From: Octopus sinensis
Lineage: Eukaryota
NCBI RefSeq assembly: GCF_006345805.1
Contig: NC_043020.1
Location: 6,138,001 to 6,202,000, forward strand
Length of the DNA: 64,000 nucleotides
Direction of reading: 5' to 3'
The translations under genes were made by a program, and so were the position numbers. Below, piece by piece: positions 50,868 through 61,956 of this stretch; the first letter of the stretch is position 1; each line of letters opens with the position of its first letter. The notes below the pieces were generated by a model. The model had not been told where the DNA came from and ran no database searches. It saw only the letters and a program-made list of their open reading frames with translations.

Positions 50868-50896
50868 TAATAGAGGAAATTTATCTGTAAAGTAAT

Positions 50897-51059
50897 ATGT
50901 TACAATTACTCAATAGTCAAGATAAAACTCTGAGTTTCAGATGCCTAAGTGGAAATCCACAACACCATCTCTTCGGTTCCCGAAGTGGAAATCCACAACA
51001 CCATCTCTTCGGCATCTGAAACTCAGAGTTTTATCTTGACTATTGAGTAATTGTAACAT
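50897..51059. repeat. Perfect 49-bp inverted repeats enclosing two 30-bp direct repeats
   Basis: Arms at 50897-50945 and 51011-51059; AAGTGGAAATCCACAACACCATCTCTTCGG at 50947 and 50983. Confidence 0.9.
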
Positions 51060-51084
51060 TATTTTATATATATATATATATAAA

Positions 51085-51449
51085 TCTTTATATATAAAAG
51101 TCAAGTTGTGTGTCTGTCTCCTACGATTTAGATTCCTAACTACTCCCACATTTTGCGGTGCAGTTTAACCAAAACCGGGTATCTTATAGTCATGATTCAT
51201 ATCGAGCCCTTCTGGGTATTAGCATGAGTCTACGATTTAAAAAAAAATTTACCATCATTTTTTTCCATTTTAATGCATTTTTTCGCTATTATATAAGGAA
51301 GTAACTCTCTAAAAATGTCTACGATGAGTCAACGATTTAAAAAAAAATTTACCATCATTTTTTTCCCATTTTTTTGGCTATAACTCTCTAAAAATGCTTA
51401 TATAGTTATTTCCCTTACAAACCCGAGCAACGCCGGGCGATACTGCTAG
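51085..51449 (+). mobile_element. Non-autonomous Helitron
   Basis: A|TC start; CCCGAGCAACGCCGGG hairpin followed by CTAG|T. Confidence 0.8.
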
Positions 51450-52454
51450 TATATATATATATATTTAAGCAGTTTTGCTTCCCAGTCACATGGTTCAAGG
51501 TTCAATCTCACTGTGGGGCACCTTGGTCAAATGTCTTCTACTATAGTCTCAGGATGACTAAAGCCTTCTGAGTGGATTTGGTAGATGGAAACTGAAAGAA
51601 GCTTGTCGTGTGTGTGTGTGTGTGTGTGTGTGTGACACCAGGCCAGCAAGCCTGGAGGGAAAGGACAACACATGTCAGTTATAAAGGGACATCACATGTC
51701 ATCATCTCGAGTCATACCAATTTGTAAGGGTCGATTTCCCAGTTTCCATGGCGTATATATTCCCCACCTGGATAAGATGCCAGTCCTTCGCAGGATTGCT
51801 CATTTTAGCCAGCTGAGTGGACTGGAGCAACGTGAAACGAAGTGTTTTGCTCAAGGACACAACGCGTCGCCTGGTCCAAGAATCGAAACCACAAGCTTAC
51901 GATCATGAGTCCAACACCTTAACCACTAAGCCATGCGCCTCCGGTTGAGAACTGGGGTTGATATAAATCGATATATCTCTTCTCTCCAAGCTTGCCAGAA
52001 TTTCCTTCCTTGTGCCAGAATTTGCTACAAATATCAGATGTCATTTCTTTCATAAGATATGTGGAGCGAAATTGTTGGCTTGTATCCTGTTTGTAAGAAT
52101 CAAACGAAAATAGTCGAGGTCTTATATCAAATGATGTTTTATCAATTGCCTCAATTAAGGCTCTATTGTATACTACAATTATTAATTGCAGATGACACTG
52201 TTTAATGACAAAATTCACAATTAATGATTATAATTTCCATTTTCACATAATAGGCATGCAAACATAAATAAGTAGCACCATTAAATTTCTCATTAAATAA
52301 ATGGTCACTCTATATCTTCAACCATTTAGTTTCCTATAGCAATCAAATATATATATATATATATAAATAAGGATAAGATTGTTAATTTAAAAATAGAATA
52401 ACGATTTTATCAAGTGGTTGGCATGGAAAAAAATAACCTTCAAAAGGTAATAAT

Positions 52455-52654
52455 TATTAAAATTATAAATTAGGGTATCTACGAGATACCACCATGCTGA
52501 AAATAGCAGCCACGATCTGACTCTAAAACCACCTTAATTGTCCATATATCGACACGGATATATGTTGATATATGGACAATTAAGTTGGTTTTAGATTCAG
52601 ATCATGGCTGCTATTTTCAGCATGGCGGTATCTCATAGATACCCTAATTTATAA

Positions 52655-52662
<8 letters not shown>
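52455..52662. repeat. 208-bp palindrome (96-bp arms, 5 mismatches, 16-nt loop)
   Basis: Direct arm comparison of 52455-52550 with the reverse complement of 52567-52662. Confidence 0.9.
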
Positions 52663-52693
<31 letters not shown>

Positions 52694-53062
52694 GATATAG
52701 GATAAAATTTTTTTACGGGAAAAAAATGTTATCATTGGCCAGCAATTTATACATAATTTACAAGATAAGAGCAGAAGAAAAATTCTAATGCCAGATACGC
52801 CGAAACAAAAAAATTGTCGATAACCATTAAACTTATGCGTCTCGAAATAAACCGATAGAAATCTCTAAAAAATTTGTTATTACCGTATTGGTCCAATTTC
52901 GGGGTTAATTCGCAAGAAATTTTCCCCTCCTCAGCGGCACATACGCGAGATATAAATTAAATACTTATTCATACCCACGGAAGAAGCAAGCACCAAGTCC
53001 CGAGCAGACTTAAGTACCCCAAATATATCCAAATAGAAAAAAAAAAAAAAAAAATATATATA

Positions 53063-53270
53063 TAGGGTATCCCAGACGTTGCGCACCACCCTGGCTTTTT
53101 GAAAGAATACACCCTCATTGATTTCAGAAACACTTTATTGAGATTAATCATAACAAATGCTCAAATTGAGCACTCTACAATAAAACATGCAGAAAAAAAT
53201 ATAATAAAATAAAATGCTTTAATTATTTTTAATGAAAACCAGAATGGTGCACAACTTCTGGGACACCCTG
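53063..53270. mobile_element. Tc1/mariner MITE, TA-flanked
   Basis: 28-bp TIRs including the flanking TA (4 mismatches), consensus TACAGGGTGTCCCAGAAGTTGTGCACCA. Confidence 0.75.
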
Positions 53271-53283
53271 TATGTGTATATAC

Positions 53284-53686
53284 TCTTTTACTCTTTACTC
53301 TTTTACTTGTTTCAGTCATTTGACTGCAGCCATGCTGGAGCATCGCCTTTTAGTCGAGCAAATCGACCCCGGGACTTATTCTTTGTAAGCCCAGTACTTA
53401 TTCTATCGGTCTCTTTTGCCGAACCGCTAAGTAACGGGGACGTAAATACACCAGCATCGGTTGTCAAGCAATGCTAGGGGGACAAACACAGACACACAAA
53501 CACACACATATATATACATATATACGACAGGCTTCTTTCAGTTTCTGTCTACCAAATCCACTCACAAGGCATAGGTCGGCCCGGGGCTATAGCAGAAGAC
53601 ACTTGCCCAAGATGCCACGCAGTGGGACTGAACCCGGAACCATGTGGTTGGTTAGCAAGCTACTTACCACACAGCCACTCCTGCGC
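53284..53686 (-). mobile_element. SINE family 1, full length
   Basis: Reverse-complement copy. Confidence 0.88.
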
Positions 53687-54127
53687 CTATATATATATAT
53701 ATATATAAATGAATATATATAGGTACAGTCATGACTGTGTGGTAAGAAGCTTGCTTCCCAACCACATGATTCCGGGTTCAGTCCTACTGCATGCCACATT
53801 GGGCAGTGTCTACTACTATAGCCTCTGGCCAACCAAAGCTGTGTGAGTGGATTTGGAAGACGGAAACTGAAAGAAGCTTGTCGTATATATATATATGTGT
53901 GTGTGTGGGTCTGTCCCCTGCCATCACTTGAAAACCGATGCTAGTGTGTTTATGTCCCCATAACTTAGTGGTTCAGTAAAAGAGACCAATAGAATAAGTA
54001 CTAAGCTTGCAAAGAATAAGTCCAGGGTCAATTTCTTCAACTAAAACCCTTTAAGGCGATGCTCCAACATGGCAGTAGTCAAAGAATATATACACAGTAA
54101 AAGAATATATACACAGACACACACACA

Positions 54128-54700
54128 TTTAGCCTTCCACCATAGCTCCAAGATGGCCCCAAAACTTGGTGCATGTGTTCCATACTGTATCCAAGGGGAG
54201 ATTTTTGAACACCTCCTTAATCTTGGTGTTATAGGCAGAGTGGTTGGTGTCCATGGGATTACAATTGGCAGATTAGAAAGCCAGAAATTTAGAACTGGTG
54301 AAATAGTAAAAATTATCTGACAACCACTCCTGACTCTTTCTGGAACCAAATCCTGCTTTCACATAGATGACGATCCAGCTGGAACCATCTCCAGCCAGGG
54401 TTTGACCATTCTCCAGCAGCTTCATTATAGATGGATTCTACCATGCGGATGCAGTCAGAATGCCTGCCGTGATCCTTCCAGCTGGCCACGGCTTCATAGT
54501 CTCCACTGCAACTGCCCTTGTCACATTTTACAGCCTTTACAGGGTTCACAGGGTTGTCAGCATCTTGATGCCCTGCATAAATCATCACAAATACAAGTAG
54601 CTCTCCTAGTATTCAGATGGCTTCCAGTCCTCCGTGTCAACCACCTTTTCTCAGAGATGTACGATCTTATATCTGTTGATATCATTTTATCATCTACAAC
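54128..54700 (-). mobile_element. Tc1/mariner (maT/DD37D-like) transposase pseudogene
   Basis: SRKSQEWLSDNFYYFT...CNPMD...KIKEVFKNLPLDTVWNTCTKFWGHLGAMVEG*, with stops and frameshifts. Confidence 0.7.
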
Positions 54701-54898
54701 AATTACAGCTCCATTGTAGATTTTATTTATGTAATCTACGAATAATAAACAACATAATTAGCAGTTAATGACTACATCCTTCATATTTGTGTAATTGGCA
54801 AAAATGCAGTAACGACTGTTTTGGATGGTTCGCACTTTTGAGAATAATGAGCCAACAACTGCCACTCTCACAATGTAACATATATATATATATATAGA

Positions 54899-55087
54899 CG
54901 CAGGAGTGGCTGTATGGTAAGTAGCTTGCTTACCAACCACATGGTTCCGGGTTCAGTCCCACTGCATGGCACCTTAGGCAAGTGTCTTCTACTATAGCCT
55001 CGGGGCGACCAAAGCCTAGTGAGTGGATTTGGTAGACAGAAACTGAAAGAAGCCCATCGTATATATGTATATGTGTGTGTATGTATA

Positions 55088-55160
<73 letters not shown>

Positions 55161-55370
55161 GTGTGTGTGTGTGTGTGTTTGTCCCCCCCAACATCGCTTG
55201 ACAACCGATGCTGGTGTGTTTACGTCCCCGTAACTTAGCAGTTTGGCAAAAGAGACCGATAGAATAAGTACTAGGCTTACAAAGAATAAGTCCTGGGGTC
55301 GATTTGCTCGACCAAAGGCGGTACTCCAGCATGGCCACAGTCAAATGACTGAAACAAGTAAAAGAGTAAA
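54899..55370 (+). mobile_element. SINE family 1, full length
   Basis: Head, microsatellite and tail present. Confidence 0.88.
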
Positions 55371-55371
55371 A

Positions 55372-55384
<13 letters not shown>

Positions 55385-55407
<23 letters not shown>

Positions 55408-56073
55408 TCATCATCGTTTAACGTCCGCTTTCCGCGCTAGCACGGGTTGGACGGTTCGACCGGGTCTGGGAAGCCAGGGGCCGCTCCAGGCTCCAGTCTG
55501 AATCTGGCAGAGTTTCTACGGCTGGATGCCCTTCCTAACGCCAACCACTCCGTGAGTGGATTGGGTGCTTTTTACGTGCCACCTGCACAGGGGCCGGAGG
55601 GTCCGGCATCGGTCACGATCGGTTCGAGCTTTTAACGTGTCAGCGGCACGGGGGCAACGAGGTCTGGGGTACTTTGGGGATCGGGGTACTTTGGGGATCC
55701 AGGGTACTTTGGGGATCCGGGGTACTTAGAATGGGTAGGGGTATGTGGAATTGCTGCAGAAAGCAGCCCGGGTCTTTGTAGTCACAGCATATCTCCAGAG
55801 ATCTCGGTCCTTCGCCATTGCCTCAGTGAGGCCCAATGCTCTGAGGTCATGCTTGACTACCTCATCCCATGTCTTCCTGGATCTACCTCTCCCCCTGATA
55901 CCTTCAACTGTTTGGGAGTGGCACTTCTTCACACATCTCTCTTCATCCATCCGCAGCACATGACCATACCATTGCAAGCGTCGCTCTTGCACACCACATC
56001 TGATGCTTCTTATATCCAGCATTTCTCTCAGGATGCTTACACTCTGTCTTGCATGCACACTGACACTACACAT
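55385..56073 (-). mobile_element. RTE LINE 3' end: RT C-terminus plus complete 3' UTR and (ATG)n tail
   Basis: RRLQWYGHVLRMDEERCVKK...GRGRSRKTWDEVVKHDL...DRDLWR runs directly into the AAAAAGCACC...GGAAGGGCATCCAGC...GGACGTTAAACGATGATG repeat. Confidence 0.88.
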
Positions 56074-56489
56074 CCAGCGGATATATAATCATTTAACATC
56101 CATTTTCCATGTTGGTATGGGTTGGACGGTTTGACCAGTCAGAGAGATGGCCAGGCTCCAATTGTCTGTTCAGGCTTGGTTTCTATAGCCACTGGTCCAC
56201 GTGCCTTCACTGTAATACAGTACAAACTATAAAAGATAGCTTTGATCTAAACAGAAATTTTGCTGTCACTTAGCAGTTATTCCCAAACAACATAAGTTTC
56301 TCTCTGGCAATGTGTTCTACATGTTTGCTGGTGTATGAAATCATAGTTGTGACTGTTGTCAGTGTAATGTAACTGGTATCTGTGCCAGTGACACATAAAA
56401 AGTGCCTTTCGAGCGTTGGGCTTCACGGAGGCAATGTGATTGATTTTGGTGTCATGGAAATAGCAAACGTGCCAGTGACATGAAAAAGC

Positions 56490-57025
56490 ACCTTTTGAGC
56501 ACCCATGCTGGTGCCACACAAGGAGCACCCGTGCTGGTGCCACGCAAAGGGCACCCGTGCTGGTGCCACGCAAAGAGCACCCGTGCTGGTGCCACGCAAA
56601 GAGCACCCGTGCTGGTTCCACGCAAAGAGCACCCGTGCTGGTGCCACGCAAAGAGCACCCGTGCTGGTGCCACGCAAAGAGCACCCGTGCTGGTTCCACG
56701 CAAAGAGCACCCGTGCTGGTGCCACGCAAAGAGCACCCGTGCTGGTGTCACGCAAAGAGCACCCGTGCTGGTGTCACGCAAAGAGCACCCGTGCTGGTGC
56801 CACACAAAGAGCACCCATGATGGTGTCACGCAAAGAGCACCCATGCTGGTGTCATGCAAAGAGCACCCGTGCTGGTTCCACGCAAAGAGCACCCATGATG
56901 GTGCCACGCAAAGAGCACCCGTGCTGGTGCCATGTAAAGAGCACCCATGCTGGTGCCACACAAAGAGCACCCGTGCTGGTGCCATGTAAAGAGCACCCAT
57001 GCTAATTCCATGTAAAAAGCACTCT
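56490..57025 (+). repeat. 26-bp minisatellite, about 20 units
   Basis: Unit GCAAAGAGCACCCGTGCTGGTGCCAC; AGCAC recurs from 56498 to 57018. Confidence 0.92.
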
Positions 57026-57549
57026 GTAAAGTGGATGGTGTTAGGAGGGGCATCCAGTGGTAGGAACCATACCAAAACAACACAATTGGAGCCTGGTGCA
57101 GCTCTCTGCCTTGCCAGCTCCTGTCAAACCATCCAACCCATGCCAGCATGGAAAACATGTTAAATGATGAAGATGGTGTATGTATGCCAGATTTCCTTTC
57201 AAAGGGAGTACTGTTAGCTGCAGCACATTGACTTCAAGCTTTCAGGAAGCAGTGCAGCCACTATTCCAAGATCATTAATTTTGCTGCACATTATTCCCAC
57301 GAATTTGATTTGTTCTTTTTTTGAGCTCATAAGCTGGCCGTGCTGGGAAATGGTCATTCTTTAAAAATAACTTCAAGAAAGTATATTTTACATAACTTCC
57401 CCAGTTGATTTACACAGACACTAGCAGACATTCGGGTTGGACAAGACTGGTACCGCCTTGGTGACGTGCTGAATCACACGTTTTAAGTAAACAGTTAATA
57501 TCTATTACATGATTAATTCTCATTAGATTAAAGTGTTATATTCATATAC

Positions 57550-57653
57550 CTTTAGAATTTTCCTTTTGTCACTTTGGTAATACCAGGAAATATACTGCAC
57601 GTGAGGTCTAATCAAAAGGTGTGAAGGTACTTTGTACAGACTGACCTTGAATT
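57550..57653 (-). CDS. Candidate internal coding exon of an unidentified gene
   Basis: Acceptor TTTTTGTCTTTGCACTACAG|, open frame EFKVSLYKVPSHLLIRPHVQYISWYYQSDKRKILK, donor AAG|GTATAT. No homologue recognised. Confidence 0.33.
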
Positions 57654-57703
57654 CTGTAGTGCAAAGACAAAAAGTTACACTTATGTTGCTTATAGTAGAA
57701 CTT

Positions 57704-57940
57704 GGCGGCGAGCTGGCAGAATCGTTAGCACGCCGGGCGAAATGCGTAGCCGTATTTCGTCTGTCGTTACGTTCCGAGTTCAAATTCCACTGCAGTCGAC
57801 TTTGCCTTTCATCCTTTCGGGGGTCGATAAATTAAGAAGCAGTTGCGTACTGGGGGGGGTCGATGTAATCGACTTAATCCATTTGTTTGTCCTTGTTTGT
57901 CCCCTCTGTGTTTAGCCCCTTGTGGCTAGTAATGAAAAAT
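57704..57940 (+). mobile_element. SINE family 2, monomer
   Basis: Head, B box GAGTTCAAATTCC, core and tail. Confidence 0.82.
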
Positions 57941-58110
57941 ATAGTAGAACTTGGAGGCGTGTAGTATGGGTGGGTGTCTCAAAAAGAAAATTGTGTTTCA
58001 GCTGTGCACATGTCAAGGAAGATGAAATCTTTTTGGAAATGGTCATAACAAGTCATGGGTTTATAGCTATAACCCCAAAATCAAGGCAAAAATAAAAAAA
58101 TAAAATCCCA

Positions 58111-58512
58111 GGCGCAGGAGTGGCTGTGTGGTAAGTAGCTTGCTAACCAACCACATGGTTCCGGGTTCAGTCCCACTGCGTGGCATCTTGGGCAAGTGTC
58201 TTCTGCTATAGCCTCGGGCCGACCAATGCCTTGTGAGTGGATTTGGTAGACGGAAACTGAAAGAAGCCTGTCGTATATATGTATATATATATATGTATAT
58301 GTGTGTGTTTGTGTGTCTGTGCTTGTTCCCCTAGCATTACTTGACAACCGATGCTGGTGTGTTTACGTCCCCATCACTTAGCGGTTCGGCAAAAAGAGAC
58401 CGATAGAATAAGTACTGGGCTTATAAACAGAATAAGTCCCGGGGTCGAGTTGCTCGACTAAAGGCGGTGCTCCAGCATGGCCACAGTCAAATGACTGAAA
58501 CAAGTAAAGAGT
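58111..58512 (+). mobile_element. SINE family 1, full length
   Basis: Head, microsatellite and tail present. Confidence 0.88.
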
Positions 58513-58516
58513 AATT

Positions 58517-58745
58517 GAAAGGAACAAGATTTTAAGACGATGATGAAATCCAAGAGAATGCAATGAGTCAGTGGCTCACTATCCCAAAACGGGAGTTCCA
58601 GGAATGCTTCCATCAGCAATGTTGGGTAAAGTGTGTGGTTTCAGAAAGGGACCAGTTCAAAGGAGATTAAATGTTGAATTGACATGTGTTGTATTGTTAT
58701 ATCTTGAGATGGTCGGGGAGGGTTTTTTCCAAATAAACACACACA
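58517..58745 (+). mobile_element. Mariner transposase C-terminal remnant
   Basis: KGTRF*DDDEIQENA..W.TIPKREFQECFHQ.CWVKCVVSERDQFKGD*. Confidence 0.7.
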
Positions 58746-58828
58746 CACACTGTATATCTGTTGTTCATTTTAGCTTTATTATTGTTTTTAATTTAATGTT
58801 CTTTGTCTGAAAATCTTTCATTACACAC

Positions 58829-58871
58829 CTGTAACCTCTTCAACTCTCCTTTGCATGTGTCTCTTCCTGTT
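58829..58871 (-). CDS. Candidate 43-nt exon, phase-compatible with 57653-57550
   Basis: Acceptor TCTGTCTTTTTGGTCTCCACAG|, frame NRKRHMQRRVEEVT, donor CAG|GTGTGT. Confidence 0.28.
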
Positions 58872-59490
58872 CTGTGGAGACCAAAAAGACAGAATGGACT
58901 AGACAGAACATGAGGAGACACGTGGGATGGAGAGGCACTGAAGAGGTCACGGGATGTGTGACAAAAGGCTTCCAGACAATGGACATAAGATAAAATAAGA
59001 ACAATAATAAACAAGTGAAGAACAAAAATATATATGTGCGTTTATTTAGCAAGAAAACTAAAAAAAAATTACCACCCTGAAATACAACAATACCTGTTTC
59101 AACACACGGTTTCACAACAAGAATCTTACAAAAATACATATCTATTTTTTTACTTGTTTCAGTCATTTGACTGTGACCATGCTGGAGCACCACCTTTAGT
59201 CGAGCAAATCAACCCCAGGACTTATTCTTTGTAAGCCTAGTACTTAATCTATCAGTCTCTTTTGCCAAACTGCTAAGTTACGGGGACGTAAACACACCAG
59301 CATTGGTTGTCAAGCGATGTTGGGGGTGGGTGGACAAACACAGACACACAAACACACATATATAAATATATACGACAAGCTTCTTTCAGTTTCCGTCTAC
59401 CAAATCAACTCACAAGACTTTGGTCGGCCTGAGGCTATAGTAGAAGACACTTGGCCAAGGTGCCATGCAGTGGGACTGAATCCGGAACCT

Positions 59491-59924
59491 AAATTTTCTA
59501 AATATTTACTTCTGAGAAAACCACGCGGTAGCAGTGGATTTTGAAAATTTAGAGTATATAGGCTTGAGGCTTCCTTGCTGTAGCCTCGTCGACATATTCT
59601 CGTCCTAGGCTTCTCTGCTGATGAGACACGCCAGTTGTAAGCAAATTTAATTTAATTTAATTAATTTGTTTACCAAAGTTTGTCGAAACTATGCATAGTC
59701 CAGAGATGAAAAGGGTAAATGTTTTTATTTCTCTTCCAATTTCAGAATTACAACTATTTAGCGGTTTGAGTTTGGCTGCTCTTTCTAGTGAGTCGAATGG
59801 CCTATCAGGGCCATTCCTATATTGTTGAATGTATATTATATAGTCTTTGACTATCTTCTGTTTCTCACTAGACCGCTGGTAGCGGGGAATTTTTTCTAGA
59901 ATTTTTTTGCTACCCTGATATTTA

Positions 59925-59930
<6 letters not shown>
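59491..59930. mobile_element. About 440-bp hammerhead-bearing element (retrozyme or Penelope-LTR-like) abutting a truncated SINE
   Basis: The SINE at 59150-59490 stops abruptly at GGAACC. The following non-SINE sequence contains the hammerhead and further hairpins and ends at a (TA)n tract. Confidence 0.45.
59612..59706 (+). ncRNA. Type I hammerhead ribozyme, intact core
   Basis: Stem I TCTCTG(59612-17)/CAGAGA(59701-06); CTGATGA (59618-24); stem II GACA/TGTC; GAAA (59685-88); palindromic stem III ACTATGCATAGT; GUC cleavage triplet ending at 59700. Confidence 0.85.
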
Positions 59931-59959
<29 letters not shown>

Positions 59960-61714
59960 CACCGTGATCACCATGACCGACCAGGCTATCAGATGTTACT
60001 ACACATCGCTGGTCACAATGTGCTTCGCATTATTTTAGCCTTCAAATGACGTCACCCCACTGGCTAAGCGAGCAGGCCAACATATATATATATAGGCACA
60101 GGTGTGGCTGTGTGGTTAAGAAGCTTGCTTCCCGACTGTGTCATCTTGAGTTCAGTTCCACTGTGAGGCACCTTGGATGCCTTCAACTATAGCCATGGCC
60201 TCGTGAATGGATTTGGCAGACAAAAAAAAGGCTTAGTGTGTGTGTCTTTGTGCTGACATAAGAAAATGTTTGTAAATAAATCATGTTAGTAGTTTTAGAA
60301 ACCTTGCCAGAACAGACTGAAGCCTGGTGCAACCTCCTGGCTTGCCAGTCCTCAGTCAAGCCATCCAATCCATGCCAGCATGGAAAGCGGATGTTAAACG
60401 ATGACGATGAGTCATAAAAACAAAGTTGTTTATTTTCAGTTTATTGTGAAACACATAACTAGTCACGTGTAGAAAATATCTTTGTTCGGAACAGGTTGAT
60501 GTCCTGACAGAAAGCCTTGTAAACATATATATATATCATCATCATTATCATCATGACAATCGTTTTCTATGCTGACACGGTTGGATGATTCACTAAGGGC
60601 TGGCAAGCCGGAGGTCTGCACCAGGCCCCAATCGTTTGTTCCGGCATGGTTTCTCTGGCTGAATGCCCTTCCAAACACAAACCAATTTACAGAATGTACT
60701 CAGTGCTTTTTACACGGTGACACCAGCACAGGTGCTTTTTCACTTCTTTCAGTTTTCATCTTCCAAATCTACTCACAAGGCTTTGGTTGGTTCGAAGCCA
60801 TCATAGAAGGCACTGAGACCCAGGGCACCTCTCACGAGGACCGAACCCCTGAAACCATACGGTCAGGGAAGCAAAGTTCTTGACCATATAACCACTCCTG
60901 CTACTATACACTAAATAAACAATAATTACAGCCTTCATCCTGTTGAGTACTATCTTCCTGGTCTATGTAGAATTTCATGTTCTTCACACACAAACCAGGC
61001 AATAATCTGGGACAGAGGAAAGAGAGCGCATTCTAACGCAAAAATCAATTGCCCAACCGGTTCGGGTTTTTTTTTTGGTTTTTGGTTCAGTCTGTGGCTA
61101 TGCTGGAGCACCACCTTTAGTCAAACAAACCGACCCCAGGACTCATTCTTTGTAAGTCTAGTACTTATTCTATCAGTTTCTTTTGCTGAACCGCTAAGTT
61201 ACAGGGACAAACACACTAACATTGGTTGTCAAGTGATGGTGGGAGGACAAACACAGACACAAACATACACACACACATATATAATACAATGGGCTTCTTT
61301 CAGTTTCCGTTTACCAAATCCACTCACAAGGCTTTGGTTAGCCCAAGGCTGTAGTAGAAGACACATACCCAAGGTGCCATGCAGTGGGACTGAACCCAGA
61401 GCCATGTGGTTTGTAAGCAAGTTACTTACTATGCAGCCACTCCTGCACCTATGTTAATATGTTGTTAAAAATAAAAGAAAACCTCTATTCCAGACTAAGA
61501 AGAAGTGCCTCTATCAGTGGACCGTAACCTTTTTTGTTTCAATATCTTTTGCTATCTTGTGGCCAGAATCATTATTCTCTACCCAAGAAGTTTCTGTCCT
61601 TACTGGCGAAGAAAATCTTCCTGGTGAATTTTTACATCCGCTTCTGAGATGAAGGTTTGTCCGATGTATTTTGAAGAGAACGAAACAAGGGGAAACCTGA
61701 AGGCACAAAGTTGG

Positions 61715-61956
61715 GCTAATATACCCTCTGTACCTGGCTTTTGTCAACATGGAGAAAGCCTCGGGCAGGGTCCCCAGCTCTCTTATCTGGTGGTCGATGT
61801 GGAAGCTAGGGATAGACATGTGGTTAGTGAGAGCAGTACATGTACAGGGATGCTGTCAGTAAGGTGAAGGTTGGCAATGAGTATAGCAAAAGAATTCAGT
61901 GTACATGTAAGATTCCACTAAGGCTCAGTTCTCAGCCCCCTCCTGTTTATCTTAGG
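61715..61956 (+). mobile_element. RTE reverse-transcriptase core remnant
   Basis: PLYLAFVNMEKA.GRVP..LIWWSM.KLGI.../MYRDAVSKVKVGNEYS.../GSVLSPLLF across frameshifts. Confidence 0.8.

Noticed and set aside
45273-57025. CRISPR-like arrays
   Set aside because: The units are contiguous tandem copies without unique spacers, in eukaryotic retroelement context.
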